Shown here piece after piece: positions 37,636 through 51,194 of a stretch of 64,000 bases of DNA. The stretch's first letter is position 1. Every line of letters begins with the position of its first letter. The stretch covers positions 208,010,001-208,074,000 of the forward strand of contig NC_091473.1 of assembly GCF_036971445.1 (NCBI RefSeq). Direction: 5' to 3'. Position numbers and translations under genes: made by a program. The notes below the pieces were generated by a model that was given only the letters and a program-made list of their open reading frames with translations, was not told the DNA's origin and did no database searches. The DNA is from Narcine bancroftii (taxonomy: Eukaryota).

Positions 37636-38478
37636 TTATTGACTGGTGAATGTATACCCTGCTCTGTCAGTGAGTTACTGACTGGCGAAAGGATACCGTG
37701 CTCTGTCAGAGAGTTACTGACTGGCGAAAGGATACCCTGCTCTGTCAGTGAGTTACTGATTGGTGTAAGGTTACCCTGCTCAGTCAGTGAGTTACTTACT
37801 GGTGAATGTATACCCTGCTCTGTCAGTGAGTTACTGACTGACGAAAGGATACCCTGCTCAGTCAGTGAGTTACTGACTGGCGAAAGGATACCCTGCTCAG
37901 TCAGTGAGTTACTGACTGGCGAAAGGATACCGTGCTCAGTCAGTGAGTTACTGACTGGCGAAAGGATACCGTGCTCTGTCAGAGAGTTACTGACTGGTGA
38001 AAGGATACCCTGCTCTGTCAGTGAGTTACTGATTGGTGTAAGGTTACCCTGCTCAGTCAGTGAGTTACTGACTGGCGAAAGGATACCGTGCTCAGTCAGT
38101 GAGTTACTGACTGGTGAAAGGATACCCTGCTCTGTCAGTGAGTTACTGAATGGTGAAAGGTTACCCTGCTCTGTCAGTGAGTTACTGACTGGCGAAAGGA
38201 TACCGTGCTCAGTCAGTGAGTTACTGACTGGTGAAAGGATACCCTGCTCTGTCAGTGAGTTACTGAATGGTGAAAGGTTACCCTGCTCTGTCAGTGAGTT
38301 ACTGACTGGTGAAAGGATACCCTGCTCTGTCAGTGAGTTACTGACTGGTGAATGGATACCCTGCTCTGTCAGTTAGTTACTGAATGGTGAAAGGTTACCC
38401 TGCTCTGTCAGTGAGTTCCTGACTGGTGAAAGGATACCCTGCTCTGTCAGTGAGTTACTTACTGGTGAAAGATACCCA
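37636..38478. repeat. 39-bp minisatellite, ~21-22 copies
   Basis: Unit TTACTGACTGGTGAAAGGATACCCTGCTCTGTCAGTGAG, head-to-tail with no spacers. Confidence 0.95.
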
Positions 38479-38499
38479 ATGTGAGTGGAATGAAATTGA

Positions 38500-39120
38500 A
38501 CGGAGAGGCAGAGCTAAAGGAAGTGGGGGTTGGGGGTATGAGTTTTACCAAAAGCCATAAAAGCTGTTATTAATGCCATCTGGTTGGCTGGTGCCCAGTT
38601 GGAAGATGAGGTGCTGTTCCTCCAGTGTGTGGTTGGTCTCAGTCTGGCAGTGCATGAAACCATGGGCACACATTTAGCAAGTGAATGGGATGGAGAATTG
38701 AAATGGGAGCAGCTGGGAGATCCACGCTATTGCAGCAGACAGAGCCAAGTTGTTTAACAAAGCGATCTCCCAGTCTGCGTCCAGTCTCTCCAATGTAGAG
38801 GTGACCACAATGGGAGCACTGAATGCAGTACGTCATCACTGAAAATACAGAAGTAAATTTGCTTCACTTGGAAGGACTGTTTGGGGCCCAGAATGGTGTG
38901 AGAGAGGTGGTTTGGGCACAAGTGGAGCATCACCTGTGGTCACTGGGGTAGGTCCCAAACAGATAATTGGTGGGGAAGGAGGTAGCAGAGAGTCACAGAG
39001 GGAGTGGTCCCTGTGGAAGGCAGAGAGGGGAGGAGAGGGGAATACGTGTCTAGTGGTGGGATCATGAGATATGTGGCGGAAATGGCGGAGGAGGATGTGT
39101 TGGATGTGGGCGCTGGCACC
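38500..39120 (-). mobile_element. Penelope-like element, GIY-YIG region (second tandem copy)
   Basis: YCIQCSHCGHLYIGETGRRLGDRF. Confidence 0.8.
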
Positions 39121-39601
39121 ATTCGGGAAAATGACTTTTGGTTACTGGGATTGGTTAAAGTACTGATGGCTAGTGAGTCTCCTGGGGAGCTTCAGACACT
39201 GATAGCTTCCCCACACTTCGGGTTTCAGAACTACGGGTCACAGAGATACAGCTTGGATGCCTTGAGCTGGGGCTTATTACTGAATAGGGCAGAGTCTATG
39301 GGGTTACTAAGCTCACAGAGGCCGAGAGGAAGCAGGCTCGGAGGAGGTGGAGAGATCCAAGGACCCCCAATGCCTCAAAAGGGACTCTCTTTTGCCCCTC
39401 TTTCTTGACTGGATTGTGGCCCTGCATTGATGGCTCTTCAGTGTGTGCTTTGACAGGGCAAACAAAGGAAAGAGTTTTCTGTGTTTGTGGACATGACAAT
39501 CAATGGAATGTTATTTTGGAATTTGGATTTGATGGACAGAGGAGGAGCAGGGAATTGTTTCACCAGTTTGTACCTCAATGACAGGGCACATCCTCACAAC
39601 A

Positions 39602-40960
39602 GGAGATAGAGTGGGACTAAGATAGAACAAGATAAAATAGGAGTAAAGGTACTGTAACGTTTACTTTATAAATGGGATGAAAAGGTGGTGCAATATAACA
39701 ACTCACCAGTATTGCATCATTTACTTAACATATGGAAGAAGATGCACGTAGAAAGGAAATTAAATTACCAAACACCAAAAAAGCTTTTGACGCAAAATCC
39801 ACTAATCCCTTTTACAATAGACAACCTATATTTTTTAAGAGAATGGGATTGAAAAGGAATCAAGAGAATAGAAATTTGGTTTTTTTGGAAAGAATTTATT
39901 AAGATTTGAACAGTTGAAGGACAAATACGGAATAACTGACGGTCCAATGTTTGCATACCATCAATTGAAAGCTTAATTAAAGGACAAATTGGGAAGCAGA
40001 TTGAGACTACCGGAAGGAAGCAGTTTTGAGTATGTAATTACAGACACAATGATAATTAAAAGATTTATAACAAACATGTACATTAAGCTGCAAGGCAAGG
40101 AAAATGATGAAATAAGGTACAAACCTAAACAAAGTTGGGAAAAGGACTTAAACAAAGATAAAGAACAAAACATGGGAAAAGTTATGTTCTGGAACTATGA
40201 AGAACACAATAAACATAAGGCTACGTATGATACAATATAATTGGTTACACAGGCTATATATCACCCCTTAAAAATTAAGAGAATGGGACCCAAAAATATC
40301 GGATAGATGCTTTCGCTGTAAAAATGAAATTGGAACAACAATGCACGCAATTTGGGCATGCGCAAGACTGAATATACTTTGGGAAGAACTAAATCAGATA
40401 TTAAATAAAACACCAAAAGCAACATACCAAAAAATCCAGAAATTTGTCTTTTAAATAACATAATAAGTAAAGACCTCGGTCTCAAATTGGATAGAACACA
40501 AAAAAGATTCATTATGATCGACTTAGCAGTAGCAAAAAAATACATAATTTCAACTTGGAAAACGAAAGAGAGCCTGAAAATACAACAATGGTACATGGAA
40601 ATGAATAAGTGTATCTCATTGGATAAAATTACATGTAATTTAAAAGACAACATTACATTGTTTGAACAAATCTGGGAACCATACATGAAATATAACAGAA
40701 AGAGCTGGCCTTGGACCTCCATCTCCTAAAACGATAAGAAGATAACCACGAACAGAATTAATATGTAAATGTAGATGACCCATCTTTCTTGTTTGTTTTT
40801 CTTTTGTGTGAAGATGTTGTTTTATTGTATTTTATATGTTTAATATTTTTTGGTTTTGGAGGGGGAGAAAAGAGAGAAAATGTCATTGTGCATATTTAAT
40901 GAGAAAGATTTGTGCATAGTTGAAAAGGTTCATCGTGCAATAAATAAAAATTACAAAAAA
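39602..40960 (+). mobile_element. 5'-truncated L1-clade LINE (family of 22919-28904)
   Basis: LPEGSSFEYVITDTM, LAVAKK..EQIWEPY; A-rich tail. Confidence 0.85.
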
Positions 40961-41234
40961 CAACAGGAGATAGTGGACGTTTGACACAAACTTTGCCATT
41001 TTGGTTTCTTGGTTTCTGTCAAACCCATCCATTTTCCCTCTCTCTCAATCAAGATTAAAATTCTATTTGTGATCACAAACAAAAAAAAGCACAAAAATCT
41101 CTCTTTATCTCTTGATAAAGATGTCTCCATCTCAGTTCTTGAAATTTCATTTCAATCTCTTCCTTGGTATTTCTTTTTGTCTTTCTCACTCTCCTTCAGT
41201 TTCAGCTCCTGTCTGAGTGGTGACATATATCCAT

Positions 41235-42270
41235 TCTCGTTTGCCTCCCAGTGCAACAAGTCTACAGAAGATGCCATCTCACTGGCTCGACACAAAACCC
41301 TGGAACACATGGACAGCAAAGATACATGAATCAGGATGTTATTTATTGACTAGAGTTTGGTATTCAACACCATAATTCCCTCCAAACTAATCAACATACT
41401 CCAAGGCCTGGGCGTCAATATTCCCATGTGTTGTTGGATCCTCGATTTCATCATTTCCAGACTCCAGTCAGCCCGGATTGGCAGAATATTTCTTCTCCAA
41501 TCTGCCTCAGTACCAGAGCACCACTGAGTAATGTATTTATCCCCCTGCTCTACTCACTCTACACCATTGACTGTGTGGCTCAATACGACAACAAAATTGT
41601 TCACAAATTAGTTGACAATACCACCTGAGTGGGCTGTATAATTAAGGGCCGATGAGTCAGCATACTAGAGGGAGATTCAAAGCTTAGTTGAATGGTGTAC
41701 TAACAATGACCTCTGATTCAATGTCACCAAAACTAAGGAGCTGATTGCAGTCTTTCGGAAAGGAAAACCAGAGGTGTATGATCCAGGCATCTCTGGGGGA
41801 TCACAGGTGGAGAGGGTGAGCACATTTAAATTCCTGGGAGTCACGATCTTAGAGCAGCTTTCCTGGACCCATCATAATAATGCCATCATGAAGAAAGCAC
41901 ATCAGTACCTCGACTTCCTCAGCGGAGGCTGGGTAGGTCAACGGAAACCTTGGGAACCTTCTACAGAAATGTAGTGAAACAGGTGCTGACCGGCTGCATC
42001 ATGGCCTGCTTTGGGTGCATCAATACCTCTGAGCGGAAAGCCCTGCAAAAGGTAATGAACACAGTCCAGAACCTCACAGGGAAAACTTTCCCCACCATTG
42101 AGAACATCTACATGGAACGATGAAGTCGTCAAGCAACAGCAATCATCAAGGATCCACACCACCTAGGACACCCTCTGTTCTTGTTGCTCCCATCAGAAAA
42201 GAGGTACAGATGCCACTGGACTTGCATCTTCAGGATCAGGAATAGTTGCTACCCCTCAACCACCAAACTC
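41235..42270 (+). mobile_element. Rex1/Babar-type LINE RT fragment
   Basis: NKSTEDAISLA..LEHMDSKDT; LLYSLYT; VERVSTFKFLGV. Confidence 0.7.
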
Positions 42271-42448
42271 TAGGACAACCAACTCATTCAGAGACTGAGA
42301 TTACTACAAATGGACGGGACATCACCTCATCTTCCGACTGGTCACCATCCAACCTGATTGCACTTATATCAATTTCTCTGGTTTTCTATAAGCCACCATC
42401 ACCACCACCACCCTGCCAATCTTCATCTCCTTACTTTTATTTAGTTTG

Positions 42449-42450
<2 letters not shown>

Positions 42451-42487
<37 letters not shown>
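42451..42487. repeat. (CT)n microsatellite
   Basis: Perfect CT run. Confidence 0.95.
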
Positions 42488-42489
<2 letters not shown>

Positions 42490-42635
42490 TGCACAGAACC
42501 AAAATCAATTCTCACCTTTCCTTTTATCATGTCCAATGAACACTTCTGGTTTGTTGGTCTGGACTCCTCCCCCTCCCATTCTTCCCCCTTTTCTCTCACA
42601 GTCTTTCTTCAGACATCTGCCTGCTTTTTCCTTAT

Positions 42636-43120
42636 ACATAGAACACTACAGGCCTTTCGACCCTCAAGGTTTTGCCGACCCATGTATTCCTTACAAAATG
42701 TTCTCAAACCTCCCTACCCCGTAACCTGCTATTTTTCTTCCATCCATGTGCCTGTCTAAGAGTCCTTTAAATGCCCCGAATGATTCAGTTTCCAACACCA
42801 TCCTTGGCAAGGTATTCACAACTCTCTCCACAAAAAAAACATCTCTGATGTCTCCCCTAAATTTCCCTCCCTTCACTTTGTACCCACATCCTTTGGGGTT
42901 TGCCATTCCTGTCCTGGGAAACAGGTGCTGGCTGACCACCTTATCAATGCTTCTCACGATCTTGTAGTCTCCTCTCATCCTTCTACAGCCCAAAGAAAAA
43001 TTTCCCTGCTCTGCTAACCTTGCCTCATATGACTTGTTTTCCAATCCAGGTAACATCCTGCTAAGTCTCCTCTGCACCCTCTCCATAGCTTCCACATCCT
43101 TCCTGTAATGAGGTGACCAT
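42636..43120 (-). mobile_element. CR1 LINE 3' fragment
   Basis: WSPHYRKDVEAMERVQRR..KVKGGKFRGDIR. Confidence 0.8.
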
Positions 43121-43699
43121 TGTGGACTCACCAGAGATTTGTAGTTGCAGGTTTCTTTATTGACCAAATTCTTGCCTCTTTTGAACAATTATCCACCATA
43201 TTTATAATACCTAAACATCACTTTTTTTGTTATTTACAGGTTAGGAGCTCCTTGAATTCTTTAATTTTGAGGCTTCCTCAGGGACTGGAACCTAATATGA
43301 TCGGGGAGATTTATAATTTTAAATTTGACCACAAACAGCTGTTATCAGTCCTTTATGAATTATTTTAAGATCTCTGCATAGTTCCCTGGACAGAATTTAA
43401 AAAACTATGAGAACAAGATTTTCAACAGTTAATTTCTGAAACTACATGGGACTCCATTCTGAAACGAGCACATTCATCCTCTCGTTGTGCTCGACACTCA
43501 TTATTACAATTGAAGGTCGTACTCGGGGCCCACTATTCCAAAGTTCAATGATCTAAATTCTACTCTAATCTCTCTTCTAAATGTGATAAATGTATAACTG
43601 TAGAAGGTTCACTGTATCATATGTTCTGGTTATGTCCCCCTCCTTCCAATTTTTTGGTAAGGGGTATTTTGTACCTTGTCTTTAGTTCTTAAAACTACT

Positions 43700-44690
43700 T
43701 TGATCGGGGAGGAGAAGGAAAAATGTGTCTGGTGGTGGGATCTGTAGTAAGTACTGAAAATTCCAGCGGATAGTGTGTGGGATGTGGAGGCTGGTGGTGT
43801 GGTAGGTGAAGACGAGGGGGATTCTGTTTATTGTTTCTAGGGGCAGGAGGCCAGTGCTAGAGCGAGGAATGGAGGAGATGGAGGTGAGGGCTGTGTTAAT
43901 ATTTGGGGAGGGAAAGACACGTTTATGGAAGAAGGCAGACATTTCAGTTGCTCTGGGCTGGAAGACCTCATCTTGGGAGCAGATGTGGCAGAGTTGGAGT
44001 TCTTGAGAGAAGGGATGGCGTCCTTGGAGGGGTGTGAGGACGTGTAGTTCAGGTAGCTGTGCGAGGTAGAGGGTTTGTAATAAATGTCAGTGGTGATTTA
44101 TTCTCCAGAGATGGAGACAGAGTGATCCATAAAATGGGGAGTATTATCAGAGATGGACCAGGTGAATTTGAGGTCAGGGTGGTAATTGGCTGTGAAATTG
44201 ATGAGCTCATCATGGATGCATGAGTCCACCCGATGTAGTCGTCAATGTACCAGAGGAAGAGTTGAGGTGGAGGGGGGGGGGGTCTTGCCTGTGTTTTGGT
44301 CCACAAAACCCACAAACAGGCAGGCATAGCTGGAACCCATGTGGGTACCCATTGCTACTCCTTTAATTTGGAGGTAGTGGGATGAGTTAAAGGAAAAATC
44401 GTTAAGCGTGAGGACAAGTTCTGCCAGGCAGAAAAGAATGGTGGTTGAAGGTGACCACTCAGGTCTGAGGTCCAGGAAAAAGCAAAGTGCTTTTAGGCCT
44501 TCTGTGTGGGGAATGGAGGTGTAAAGGGATTGGACATCCATTATGAAGACCTTCAGGTGAAGCAATACTTCACCTGTATAAAACAAACTCATCCTCACCT
44601 ACCACCCCACTAGCATCCGCATCACACACATTATCTGCCAGAATTTCCGGTACTTACTACAGGACCCCACCACCAGACACATTTTTCTAT
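43700..44690 (-). mobile_element. Penelope-like RT fragment flanked by inverted ~95-bp repeats
   Basis: MDVQSLYTSIPH, GVAMGTHMG..YACLF, YIDD; 44590-44688 is a diverged reverse complement of 43718-43815. Confidence 0.75.
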
Positions 44691-44883
44691 ATTCCATTGC
44701 GTGATATTTAATTGGGAGTCGGACTTCCATATTACCGCTAAACTCTTTCTGGCTCCCACCCAGGTGGCCTTCACGAACTGAATTTGGTATTTGGACAGTC
44801 TATAACTCACATCCCCAACATCTCCCAAAAGGTACAACTCTGGATCCTGTGGAAAATCCACTTTTGTAATGTTTTTCAGAATG

Positions 44884-45121
44884 TGGTGAAACCACTTATA
44901 TATGTAAATACCTTGACCTTGTATGTTTGACCCTGCTCTCACTGGCCGGCTCCTGACTCCTCCCCTTTATTCCTCATAAAAGCTGTCATGTCACAACCTG
45001 CCCCCAGTTCGAGTCCGGGTCAGTGTGAGCCAGCAACTCAAGGCACATTGTCCACCCTCGCTAATAAAAGCCTCCATCCAGGACCTGTACTTCAGACTTT
45101 TGCAACTGATCATGCATCACA
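44884..45121 (+). mobile_element. Solo LTR (238 bp) inserted in an L1 fragment
   Basis: TG...CA ends, TSD GAATG (44879-44883 / 45122-45126), CTAATAAAAGCC; removing it restores DLGDILKNITKVDFP on minus. Confidence 0.8.
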
Positions 45122-46924
45122 GAATGTCCCCAGGTCCATCCAGAAGGATCTCCCCCTTGCACATGGCCAGGATGCAGTGGACAGAGGTTCCAATCTCTAC
45201 ACCACACCTAAAGCACATTTCCAAAATTTCTGGCTTTGATTTATGTAATTTTTGTGGTGTGAGGTATTGCACCAACTTGTATCTGGCATTGATGACCCCA
45301 GTCCCACTGTTCAGACATAGGTCATTTAAATCAATTTTTTAAAAAAATTCCTGGAACTAAGGGACTTGCAATCTCTGTGAGGGAGAAACAAACTATTCTA
45401 TCAAGTGAAATCTTTTCACCTGACCCAAGGAAGTCTGAGATTTCAGGTCAAGTTGCAGGAAATCATTCGACCTCATGGTGACCAGCAGCCCAAGTGAATA
45501 AATTCATTCAGCTTCATTCTCTCATCTCTCTCAATAACATTTGCTCAGCAGAAACAAACAATCCCCAGAAAGAATTAATCTCTGTGCCTGCAACAGTTTA
45601 CCTGTGCAGACTCAACTTGTCAATGTTGGCCCAAACCAACCACTTCTGATATCTCTCCACTGCCGTTCAGTGTGTCAAGTGGCACTGAAAACGGTATCCC
45701 TTCTGTTTCAACGGTTCCCTCGCATCAGGGATATGGAGTGAAACGGCACTTAAACAGGCTCTTCAGCTCACACTGACCATCGACTCAAATCCTTCCATAA
45801 TCAACCTGTTATCTCTCATTCACATCAACTACCCACCACCTCCAAATTCCACTCCTCACTAACATGCTAAGGGAAACTGACAGTGGTCAATTCACCTTGC
45901 ATCCAGCAGCATCAATAGGGGGAAAGGAATTGTCCATATTTTTTGTTGAAAACCATCTGATTGATTGTGGAAAGAGCAGAGAGCCAGTAAAAGGAGAAGA
46001 GGGTTGAAGGGGTGAAAGAGGGACTATGTGGGAATTGGTGAACATGGGAGGGGTGAAGGATCAGAGACAAATGGGAAGAGTGAAGGATAGAGTTGGGAGG
46101 TGCCAGATGTGTGTGTGAGGAAGAGAGAAAGAAGAAAAAGAGGGTGGGTGGAGCAGGACGATCCAGGCGAGGGTGAAGGTAGAGACAGCTGGTAGGTGGT
46201 GAACAATTGGAACTCCATCACCAAAACTGAAGTTCCCCATCTTTTTTGGGATGGAATGATATCAGAGTTAAAATTTAATATTGGGCCTCTGCAGTGCCAA
46301 ATATTGCAGAACATAGAACATTACAGTCCAGTACAGGCCCCTCAGCCCACAATGTGATGACCTATGTAACCCTATTCCACAACATTCAAACCCTTTTTTA
46401 TCTCACACCCATAACCCTTGTCATAGATGGGCATATGGAGGACTAGTAGATCCTTCTCTGGAGATTTGTATGAAACTAAGGCCACAGACGAGAACAGACT
46501 CCCAGAACTATTACAAATTCAACCTCATATAATTCATATACAGGTTCCAGGTATTAACAAAGAAGGAATAATTATTATGTCTATTACATCATCTTTTCCA
46601 ATGGAATACAAGATCTCATTTCCATGTGCCATCATTGAATACTCAAATCAGTCTCGCTTTTCCAAGTAATTGTCAAACATTTTCTAGCCACAGCTAAGGC
46701 CAATCTCAACAAAGCAATTTGAAACCCATCCAAATTTAATTCCAAACTCAATTTATTAATATAACCCAGTAAAAATACCATAGGATCAAGTGAAATTTTA
46801 AATTTGAATATAGCTTCTAAAAGTTCCTCAAGTCTATTCCATAAAGGTTTCACTGTCTCACAATACACAGACATCTGTTATGCAATTCAAATCAATGGGT
46901 GGGAAACCAATAGCTTCCCCTTCC

Positions 46925-47072
46925 ATAAACGGTGATGAAGGGCTCTAGCCCAAAATATTGATTATGTATCTTTATCTTTGCGATATAAAGTACACTGTTT
47001 AACCTGCTAGGTTTCTCCAGCATTGTGTTTTTACTTCAATAACGGTGTCTGCAGACTTTGTGTTTTACTCCA
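46925..47072 (+). mobile_element. Penelope 3' UTR/pLTR remnant with CpG-decayed minimal hammerhead ribozyme
   Basis: GTGATGA-A-GGGC-TCTA-GCCC-AAAA-TATT (46932-46959) vs CUGAUGA..GAAACGUU core. Confidence 0.55.
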
Positions 47073-47169
47073 AGCTACCCCATTATGTCTGAAGTCAGCC
47101 ATGGCTGCTAATTTATTCTTATTTGTGTTCTGCATATATTCCTTTGTTGAATCCATCAGGAAGGACGAG

Positions 47170-50100
47170 ACATTAAATCTGGACAAAAGACAAGCAAAAA
47201 GAATAAAGTAGCCAAATTTATGGTTACATCAATGTAGCAAATGAAACTGATGGATATATGGAGGAGACGGCACCCAAAAGAGAAGGAATATTCATATTAC
47301 TCGAGTAGGCATAAAACATACTTAAGGATTGATATGTTTTTGTTGTTGGCTCATATTCAAGGGAGAGTCAGGAAAACTGAGTATAAAGCTAGACTACTTT
47401 CAGATCATTCACCCCTGCTATTAGCAATTGAACTGGAGGACAACCCACCAAGAACATATAGATGGAGGTGAAACCCCATGCTACTTAAAAGGCTGGAATT
47501 TAGAGAGTTCATTGAACGCCAATTTAAAACATATTTTAAAATAAACACACAATCGATTAAAGATGGTTTTATACGATGGGATGCAATGAAAGCCTTCAAT
47601 AGAGGACGGATAATAAGTTATGTAACGAAGATGAAAAAGGAATACAATCGGGACATAGAGCAGCTGGAAGGGAGATAGCAAGTACGGAAAAGGAACTAGT
47701 GAAAAGGGACGATATAAAGAAAAAGAGAATTGGTGGACAGAAAAAGAAAATATGAAACATTACAAACATACAAGGTGGAGAAGAATGTAATGAAGACAAA
47801 GCAAAAGTATTATGAATTGCGAGGAAAAACATAGAATATTGGCCTGCCAACTTAAAACAGAACAAGCTAAAAGAACTGTATTTGCATCAAGGAAAAAGGA
47901 CAAACAAATCACATACAACCCAACAGAGATTTATGAAAACTTTAAGGAATTTTATGAACAATTGTATCATACTGAGAACGAGGGGCAAAATGTTCAAATA
48001 GAATTTTTAGCTAAAAGTCAACTGCCGAAATTGCAAGTAGAGGATCAAAACAAACTGATAAAACCGTTTGAAATAGAGGAAGTACAGGATATATTAAAAA
48101 AGCTGCCGAACAATAAAACACCAGGAGAGGATGGATTTCCAATAGAATTTTATAAAACATGGAAAGAGTCATTAATTCCTCCTCTCCTGGAAGTAATGAA
48201 TCAGGTAGAAGAAACACAAAACTTACCAGACTCATGCAAGACAGCAATAATTACAGTAATACCAAAGACAGGGAAGGATCCATTAACACCAGTATCATAT
48301 AGACCAATATCCTAACTTAACTCAGATTATAAGATAATAGCAAAATTATTAGCAAACAGATTGGCCGACTGTGTATCAAAAATAGGAAAACAAGACCAAA
48401 CTCGATTTGTCAAGAAAAGACGAACAGCAGACAATATCTGTAAACTTATTCATTTATTTCATGCAGCTCAAGCGAGTAAAAAACCAACGGTGGCAGTTGC
48501 CTTAGAAGCAGAAAAAGCCTTTGACGAAGAGTGGAACTACTTACTTAAAGAAGTACAGAAGTTCAATATGCCAGAAAAATATATTAACAGGATTAGAGCA
48601 TTATATAATGGACCGTTGGCAAACGTAGCAGTAAATGGACATGCATCGAACCAATTCAAATTAAGTAGTTCAACTAGGCAGGGATGTCCATTATCCCCCT
48701 CATTGTTTTCCTTAGCAATAGAACCATTGGCAGAGCTGCTAAGAAAAGGGATAAAAATAAAGGGGAAGGAGTATAAAATCAGTTTATTTGCAGATGACAT
48801 CATAGTATTCCTAACAATAGAACCAGAGAAATCAAGAAAAGAACTACATAAGAAATTAAAGGAATATGGAGAACATTGGAAAGAATTACCACTAACGTTG
48901 ATAGGGAGGGTGAACTGCATTAAAATCAATGTGTTCCCAAGGATACAATACTTATGTCAAACATTACCAATTCCCTTAACAGAGAAATTCTTTGTTGAAC
49001 TAAGGAGAATAATAAGGAAATTCTTGTGGAAAGGGGAGAAACCGAGGATAGCGTTAGATAAATTAACAGAGAGGTACAACCAAGGTGGTTTGCAGTTACC
49101 AAACTTTAAAAATTATTATAGAGCAGCACAATTAAGGTATTTATCAGATTTTTACCAGACGAGAGAAAAACCAGACTGGACTAAGATAGATCTAGTTAAT
49201 ATAGGGGAGAAGGTACCGGAACATATACTTTATAAATGCGAGGAAAAGCTGGTGCAATATAACAGCTCACCAGTATTGCATCATTTACTTAATATATGGA
49301 AGAAGATACATGTAGAAAGGAAAAAAATAAAATACCAAATACCAAAAATGCAATTGATGTAAAATCCACTAATCCCTTTTACAAGAGATAACCTTTCCTT
49401 TAGAGAATGGGAGAGAAAAGGAATCAAGAGAATAGAAAATTGTTTTTTGGGAAATAATTTGTTATCATTTGAACAGTTGAAGGACAAATATGGAATAACT
49501 CATGGTACAGTGATTGCTAATTTATAGGATAAATTGGGAAACACATTGAGATTACCAGAAGGAAGCAGCTTTGAATATGTGATTACAGATACAATGATAT
49601 TTAAAAGATTTATCACAAATATGTACATTTAGCTGCAAGGTAAGGAAAATGATGAAATAAGCTATAAACCCAAACAAAAGTGGGAAAAGGACTTAACTAT
49701 AAAGATATAGAATCAAACATGGGAAAAGTTATGTTCTGGAACTATGAAAAATACAATAAACACAAGGTTACGTATGATACAGTATAATTGGTTACACAGG
49801 TTATCACTCCACAAAAATTGAAAGAATGGGATCCAACAATATTGGATAGGTGTTTTCGCTGTAAAAATGAAATGGGAACAATACACGCAATTTGGACATG
49901 AACAAAAGTGAATACATTTTGGGAAGAACTAAATCAGATATTAAATAAAATCACAGAAAACAACACACCGAAAAATCCAGAAATTTTTCTTTTAAGTAAC
50001 ACAAGAAGTGAAGAACTAGGTCTCAAATAGAATAAAGCACAATAAAGATTCATTATAATAGCCTTAGCAGGTGCAAAAAAAATGTATCATGTCAACTTGG

Positions 50101-50518
50101 AAAATGGAAGAGGGCCTGAGAGTACAGCAATGGTACATGAAAATGAATAAATGTATTCCATTGGAAAAAATAACATATAATTTAAAAAATAAAGTTACAT
50201 TGTTTGAACAAATTGGGGAACCATACATGGGACATAACAGAAAGAGCTTGCCTCGGACCTCCATCTCCTAAAATGATAAGATGATAAAAATGATTAGATT
50301 AGATTGTAAAAGTAGATGACACATTTTTCCTGTTTGTTTTCCCCTTGTGTGAAGACGTTGTTTTATTGTATTGTACATGTTTAATATTTATTGGTTTTGG
50401 AGGGGGGTGGGAAGGGGGGGAGAAAAGGGGGAAAATTTCACTGTATATTTAATGAGAAACATCTGTAAATATTTTTTTGATATGGTTCATTGTGTGATAA
50501 ATAAAAAAAATTAAAAAA
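47170..50518 (+). mobile_element. 5'-truncated L1-clade LINE (ORF2 to tail), with in-frame internal deletion at ~48871
   Basis: DIWRR..SDHSP, PGEDGF, RQGCPLSP, LFADD; poly-A at ~50500-50518. Confidence 0.88.
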
Positions 50519-51194
50519 GGAAGGACAAGGCTTAAAAGAAGTGACATTGCGGGCAATCGAGGCATTCAGGTCAATGCCTCCCTGCATCGGGTCAACATCG
50601 CCATCTTCTGTTCAGACATGATCAATCTGCAGACTGATCAGCATCTACGGCCAGTTTGAGTGGGACTGGGGCCAAAGTAAATTAGAAGAAGAGTGAGGCA
50701 ATGCTTTGGTAACTGGTCAGACCAGATTGCCATCCCCTTCACAGATCCAAGGACCTGAAAATGTTGGAGATTTGGTTTCGAGGGCCTCAAGCTTGGAACA
50801 AAATTTGGCCAGAGTGGATCACAGAGGACAACCAGAAAATGGGTCTGTGAGCAGGATGCACCCTCTCAATAACATGGAAGAATCTGGTTGTCGGGTGCAA
50901 GGTGCTCTTGGTACTGCTGAACCTCCTCCATGATGTTCACCAGAGCACTCTTCTGGTTTATATGGAGATCCAAAATGGAACGAGTTTGAAGGTCATCATG
51001 TAGAAGTTGCAGAAAGAGCAGGCTAGGGTGTTCCCAACATGGCCCTCGTCCTCATGACCACCCTTGTGTGAGACTGTATCAGGCTGTGCATGGAACCAAA
51101 ATGCAAGGGGATCATGTGCTACTATGCACTGAGGTTCTACTTACCCCTGGTGTGGTGAAGGATGGCCCTAGCCCATTTGCCATGCAAGGTCCTT

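Noticed and set aside
37636-38478. CRISPR-like array or 245-aa repeat protein
   Set aside because: Units are head-to-tail with no unique spacers in vertebrate DNA; the ORF follows from a stop-free 39-nt unit and lacks gene context.
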